NCBI GenBank assembly: GCA_032718475.1
Contig: JAUCBJ010004567.1
Coordinates: forward strand, 1 to 41,384
Length of the DNA stretch: 41,384 nucleotides
Direction: 5' to 3'
DNA from: Nemertoderma westbladi
Lineage: Eukaryota > Animalia > Xenacoelomorpha
In this document: piece by piece, positions 36,771 through 41,384 of the stretch
Layout of the letters: each line of letters starts with the position of its first letter
How positions within the stretch are numbered: the stretch's first letter is position 1
Program-made: the position numbers and the translations under genes
Notes under the pieces: generated by a model
The model's input: only the letters and a program-made list of their open reading frames with translations
Databases searched by the model: none
What the model was told of the DNA's origin: nothing

Positions 36771-38269
36771 CGCAGCAAATGCAAGAGGCACTTTCGAGTC
36801 ACCTCCGGCTTCGGCCGACAGTTTGCTTCTGCCTTTTTTGTAACCAGTACTTGGGCAGAAACATGGCTAATTACTTAATTATAACCAATTTAAGTGGAAT
36901 TCGATAATTGCTTCCTGGTGTACTAGCGCCCCAATACAAAAGATCCCGCCATCCGGCAGGATGGCACAAAGAATTGAAAAATGCAATTTAAGTTAATCAA
37001 TAGGTCCTCATACGGTAGACACACCTCTGGGACGCATTCACACACGGCAGTCAATAACGTTTCAATATAATTTACACATAGGAAATTCATAATGGACTTC
37101 CGGTCACATCAGGCTGGCTGTGTAAAATATGTTGATAATAGAAAACTGTTATTAATAAAATTGCCTCAATGTCCTTTCTATAGGTGAAGATACGAGATTT
37201 ATGATTGCGTTATGTGTCCGAGGGGAAAAAATGAATGCATAAGACATACTTTTTGTAAGGCAGATCAACGACGCTTACGGGCAACTCGTAAACAGTCCGG
37301 ACCAAAATGAAAGAATGGGTGGCATTCAGTGATATCTAGACGACATTACAAAGAAGTAATGACCAATTGAAATTCAAATTTTCAGATTATGGAGTTCTTT
37401 ATTCATCTGACTGATGTATTTTTATTCAAATTCCTAAATAATTATTTCCTGAGAAAATATTCCAGTAATTAGATGGTTAACTTTTTCACATTCAACTATA
37501 ACTATATTCAATTACTTGACAGAAATAATTGCCATCAGGAAACGAATATAATTTTTTCCTTAAATTGCTCTGTAAATAATGAGATTGTATTGAGTTTATA
37601 TTTAATTTGTTCGCCACAATAGAGTATCTGGACGATTTAGCGTTTCTCTTTACAGAGAAACTACGATAAAATATACTATTAATCTGATTGATATAAATGA
37701 ATAGTTTTAATTGTATCGTACCTGTGTCTCATCATTTGTCACAAAGTCACCCACGATCTAATTGTACAGATGCAATAGGTCGTACCCCTTTCATTTAATT
37801 TCATTCCCGGCTTATGGCCCGATGACTATATTATTCTATTAATAATGAAATAAAAATGGTCGTGCACTGATTAAACACGTTCGTGGGTCCCTCGCGCAGC
37901 ACGAGGCTCAGTTATGAGATACAAATTAAAATTGAGCGATTAGGGACCTATATCACAAAATCTGTGTTTAGGAAATTAACCAAACCGCAAAGTGTTTTAG
38001 CACAATCTAACAAGTACGTTTCAGTTTGAACGGATCGTAACGGAATGTGTCAAGGATGCTATATTCATTCGATATACAATCATATATTAATTAATCCGCT
38101 AGGTTGTGATCAAATTGTTATTCTGCAATTTCGTACTAACCACAACCAGTGCACAGTACAGCAGTACCGTACCGGTAGGCCAATGTCATTACTTCGGAGT
38201 CTCTAGCGGATCCCCAATTAAATTAAATGTCTTAACTTTTCAATTTCGTAAAAGATAGACTTGATGATT

Positions 38270-38520
38270 CTCGACAAGAAACCAAAATTTCTGCTCTGGA
38301 AAATGCGGCGTTCCCATGAAATTTTAACATTTTCTAAGAACCACATAATCTGTCATAGCTGACGTCAAACTGCATGATTTTCACCAAAAATTTTAATTTT
38401 CTACACTTTCCCTCTACTACTTACCTACTAAGTTTGGTTCAATTCCGAACGAGCGATGCAGAGAAATTCGCGTTCAAACATTTACCAGACAGAGAGACAG
38501 GCGGATGGACGGACCTTTAA
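38270..38520 (+). mobile_element. Helentron/HINE-like fragment
   Basis: CCTACTAAGTTTGG..AATTCCG core followed by a GACAGA/GACGGA microsatellite. Confidence 0.35.
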
Positions 38521-38865
38521 CGGATGATTAAGTGTGATGGATTAACGAGTTGGACAAAACTGACTGATAATGTCAATTATACTAAGAATAATATGATGGA
38601 AAAACTTACATTTTTATTGTGACAAATACGGTGGTGATTAACGGCCAATTTCAATTTCCAATATATGCAGTAAATTACATTTCATTTAGACAAAAAAATG
38701 TAATAATGAATATCCTAATTTCTCATTTTCATAAAAAAAAAAATTAATTTCATTTCTCATTTTCATTAAAAAATACCGGCAAAACTTAACCTAAACACTC
38801 ACAAAATGCACTTCTCATAATGTACATTGAGCGAATTGTGCGAGTGTTATGCGAATTATCTACCA

Positions 38866-40470
38866 ATGTCTGTATCTGATTGTTGTGAGGACTTATTGAG
38901 CAATTACTTCTTCTTAGGATATGGTAGCTCAGAAGTAGCGACTACATTAGACAAGCAACACTCGATAAAATTATCATCAAGAACTGTGGGAAGACGCCTC
39001 AATGATTTGGGTTTAACAAAATCTAACCTGTCTGCTGATTTAGAAAATATTTTTCTGCCATCCAAGGAAAACCGCCTTGTGGATATCGGAAGATGAAGAG
39101 GCTTCTTCTCAGAAAGCATGGACTATTTGTAAGAGAAGAAATAGTTGCTGCAATACAGAAAGCAATTAACCCCGAATTGGTCCATCAAAGGATTGGGAAC
39201 AAACTAGTCAGACGTACCTACAGAGCAGAAGGTCCCAACTATATCCACCACATAGATGGTTGGGATAAACTTAAACCTTATGGACTGACTGTACAGTGTA
39301 CACGGCTGTATTGATGGGTACAGCCGGAAACTTATATGGGCTGAAGTGCGGCTCTATTAATAATGAACCTTACGTTATAGGATATTACTTTGTAGAAACT
39401 TTATTAAAACTCGGCGTCCTACCTCACCTTGTTCGTTCGGATCGGGGAACGGAGAATGTGAATGTAGAAACTATTCAAAGATATATGTGCGCATTTCATA
39501 GCGATAGTAGAGCCATATTCGATACTGTATACCTTTATGGTAAGTCTTCAAGGAACCAGCGCATAGAGGCGTATTGGAGCAAGTTCCCGCAGCTCATGGG
39601 GATAAACCAATGGCTTAAACACTTTAGTGTATTGGATGTTGCAGGTATAATTGATACATCTAATTGTCTGCACATTGAGATTATGCGGTATGTTTACTTA
39701 GACTTTTTTCAGTGGATATTAGACCTGATAGTGGAACTTTGGAACAGCTACAGACTACGAAAATGTGGCGCGGTAGTGACGAGTGGGAAGCCAGATGTTT
39801 TGTTCCTCGATGAGCCAAACTATCTCCATGCAGTTACAAACTCTAATGATTTAGAAGTTATGTCTGTCTTTGTACATGATAGACCACCATGTCTTCCGAG
39901 CGTTATTCTGAGCGGATGGCACATTCACAAGATTGCTACGCCGGGTTCATTGTGTCAAGTACAATGCACACATCTCCAACCAGACACTATATAACATTGG
40001 AGGTGTCTCATTGGTTCCCCCAAGCTTGACACTAGAACAAAATCGCCTCCGCTTTGCAGGACATTGCTTTCGCCGTGAGGACCAGCCAGTGCATAATCTT
40101 GTACTTTGGCAGCCTCATGGAGTGAATAAGCATGGTGGACAGCCCATGACTTTCTTGAGACGCATCTTAAAGGACACTGGCCTTGAAGATGCGGATCATC
40201 TAGCAAATGTCATGGGTGATAGGGAGTTGTGGCGCTGCAATTTTGTCGATAAGCCGGCACAGCATTCTTAAAAAAGTAGCTGCAATGCAGCATGCCGATT
40301 CTAGTAGTAGTAGTACTGAAATCACCAGTGCGTATTTAGCCGAAACGGATTCAGTAAAAAAATCCTCAGAACTGTTCCACTCTAGAAGAATGCGCCGAAA
40401 CGGTGGTATATTTACTTGATAAACTAGATGCGGACTTCAGAGAACTAGATTTGCAATTACACGTTTTATC
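38866..40470 (+). pseudogene. Integrase-core DDE transposase of the eukaryotic IS3-like type (IS3EU-like), frameshifted and interrupted by an RTE
   Basis: HTH-like LSSRTVGRRLNDLGL; RRTYRAEGPNYIHHIDGWDKLKPYG..HGCIDGYSR; VRSDRGTEN; GKSSRNQRIEAYW; LWN..R; GKPD. The C-terminus appears to resume after 40315. Confidence 0.82.
39914..40315 (+). mobile_element. 5'-truncated RTE copy
   Basis: Near-identical to the 3' end of 28784-29180, with a (TAG)n tail. No clear TSD. Confidence 0.92.
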
Positions 40471-40849
40471 CATTTAATTTATTACTAAATAGGATGTCAT
40501 TCGGGTCATAACGTGAATACTATAGTACATGATAAATGCTTTATAAATATATATATAAATATAAAAAATATATTTCTCGGATTTCCATATGATGGGTGAT
40601 GGGTGCTGGAAGGGGGAACAGGGTGGGGGAGGGGGGGGGTTACAAAGTTAATCTTTAATAATAATAAGTAAATTGTTGTGGAGTGAGTGGCGGTGAATCA
40701 GTGATACTCAGGGATAGTCAGGGATAATCAAATCAAGGATAGTCATTTCTGGCAGAGGAGCACAAGAATAACGTTGTACTTTCCTTTAGTTGGCCTAGAG
40801 ATTAGTTGGCCTAAATATGATATCCCACTCCGTAGCGAATTACTCATCC

Positions 40850-40940
40850 GTCCATGTAGCTCAGTTGTCTTAGGACATACACCCAGTTGAAGATAACCAG
40901 AAGATTGAAACCTAGGTACCGGGTTCGAGCCCCAATATTT
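40850..40940 (+). other. tRNA-like Pol III promoter remnant (SINE head or tRNA pseudogene)
   Basis: A box TAGCTCAGTTG, B box GGTTCGAGCC, then a T-run. No convincing cloverleaf. Confidence 0.4.
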
Positions 40941-41384
40941 TTCGTTATGGAGAGCATTACCTTAAACATACCTCCATCCTATATCCTATTACATTAAAGT
41001 TAAACAATGTTGAGGGATGTTTGACTTATGTTTTATCGTCTGTATCCATAAAGTCATAATTTGCCTAATTTGTTTAAATTTATCACTGTGTCTCAAATGT
41101 GATATTACCCCGGTACCTGACTCATATATTTACAGTCTCATATCCATAGCTCAATAACAACAAAAAAAACAAGAAACAAATAGAACAATTTATATTTGCA
41201 CTGATGCACTAAATTACGACTAATAATTAATTACCCAAAACAATTATGACAAACCGAATCCAAACAAGTTCAATATGTTGTCCTTTACAATGTTGTAGAA
41301 TTGATTTGCATTACCATTCAAATACCTATCATTAATAGGAAAACAAAGTGTGTACGAACATGTATCTGCATGAAGCCTCCGCTG

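Noticed and set aside
36225-36802. Gly/Tyr/Pro-rich ORFs
   Set aside because: They are by-products of a 36-bp (multiple of 3) minisatellite and shift frame at the poly-C runs.

Overview
AT-rich eukaryotic DNA, most likely from an invertebrate animal, made up almost entirely of nested, decayed transposable elements. There are no prokaryotic operons, CRISPR arrays or rRNA genes. Retroelements: several LINE clades (a near-intact 5'-truncated Crack/L2-group element nested in an older APE-RT LINE, six pieces of one RTE family with (TAG)n tails, L2 and RTEX-like 3' ends), two tRNA-derived SINE families and a GalEa-like Copia remnant. DNA elements: hATm-like and IS3EU-like transposase pseudogenes, and piggyBac-, hAT-, Crypton- and Helentron-like non-autonomous elements. 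There are also minisatellites and two long palindromes. The only host-gene signal is one minus-strand coding exon of a class A GPCR (N-terminus to the start of TM3). I see no intact novel multi-gene system. The best second-look signals are: (1) TA-flanked micro-insertions (TACAGTA, TACAGTGTA, TACCGGTA) that account for frameshifts in three unrelated ORFs and resemble DNA-transposon excision footprints; (2) a 42-nt 3' RNA stem-loop shared by a LINE and a SINE with compensatory base changes; (3) a rearrangement hotspot in the RTE family at a small hairpin. Family names come from recalled motifs, not database searches.
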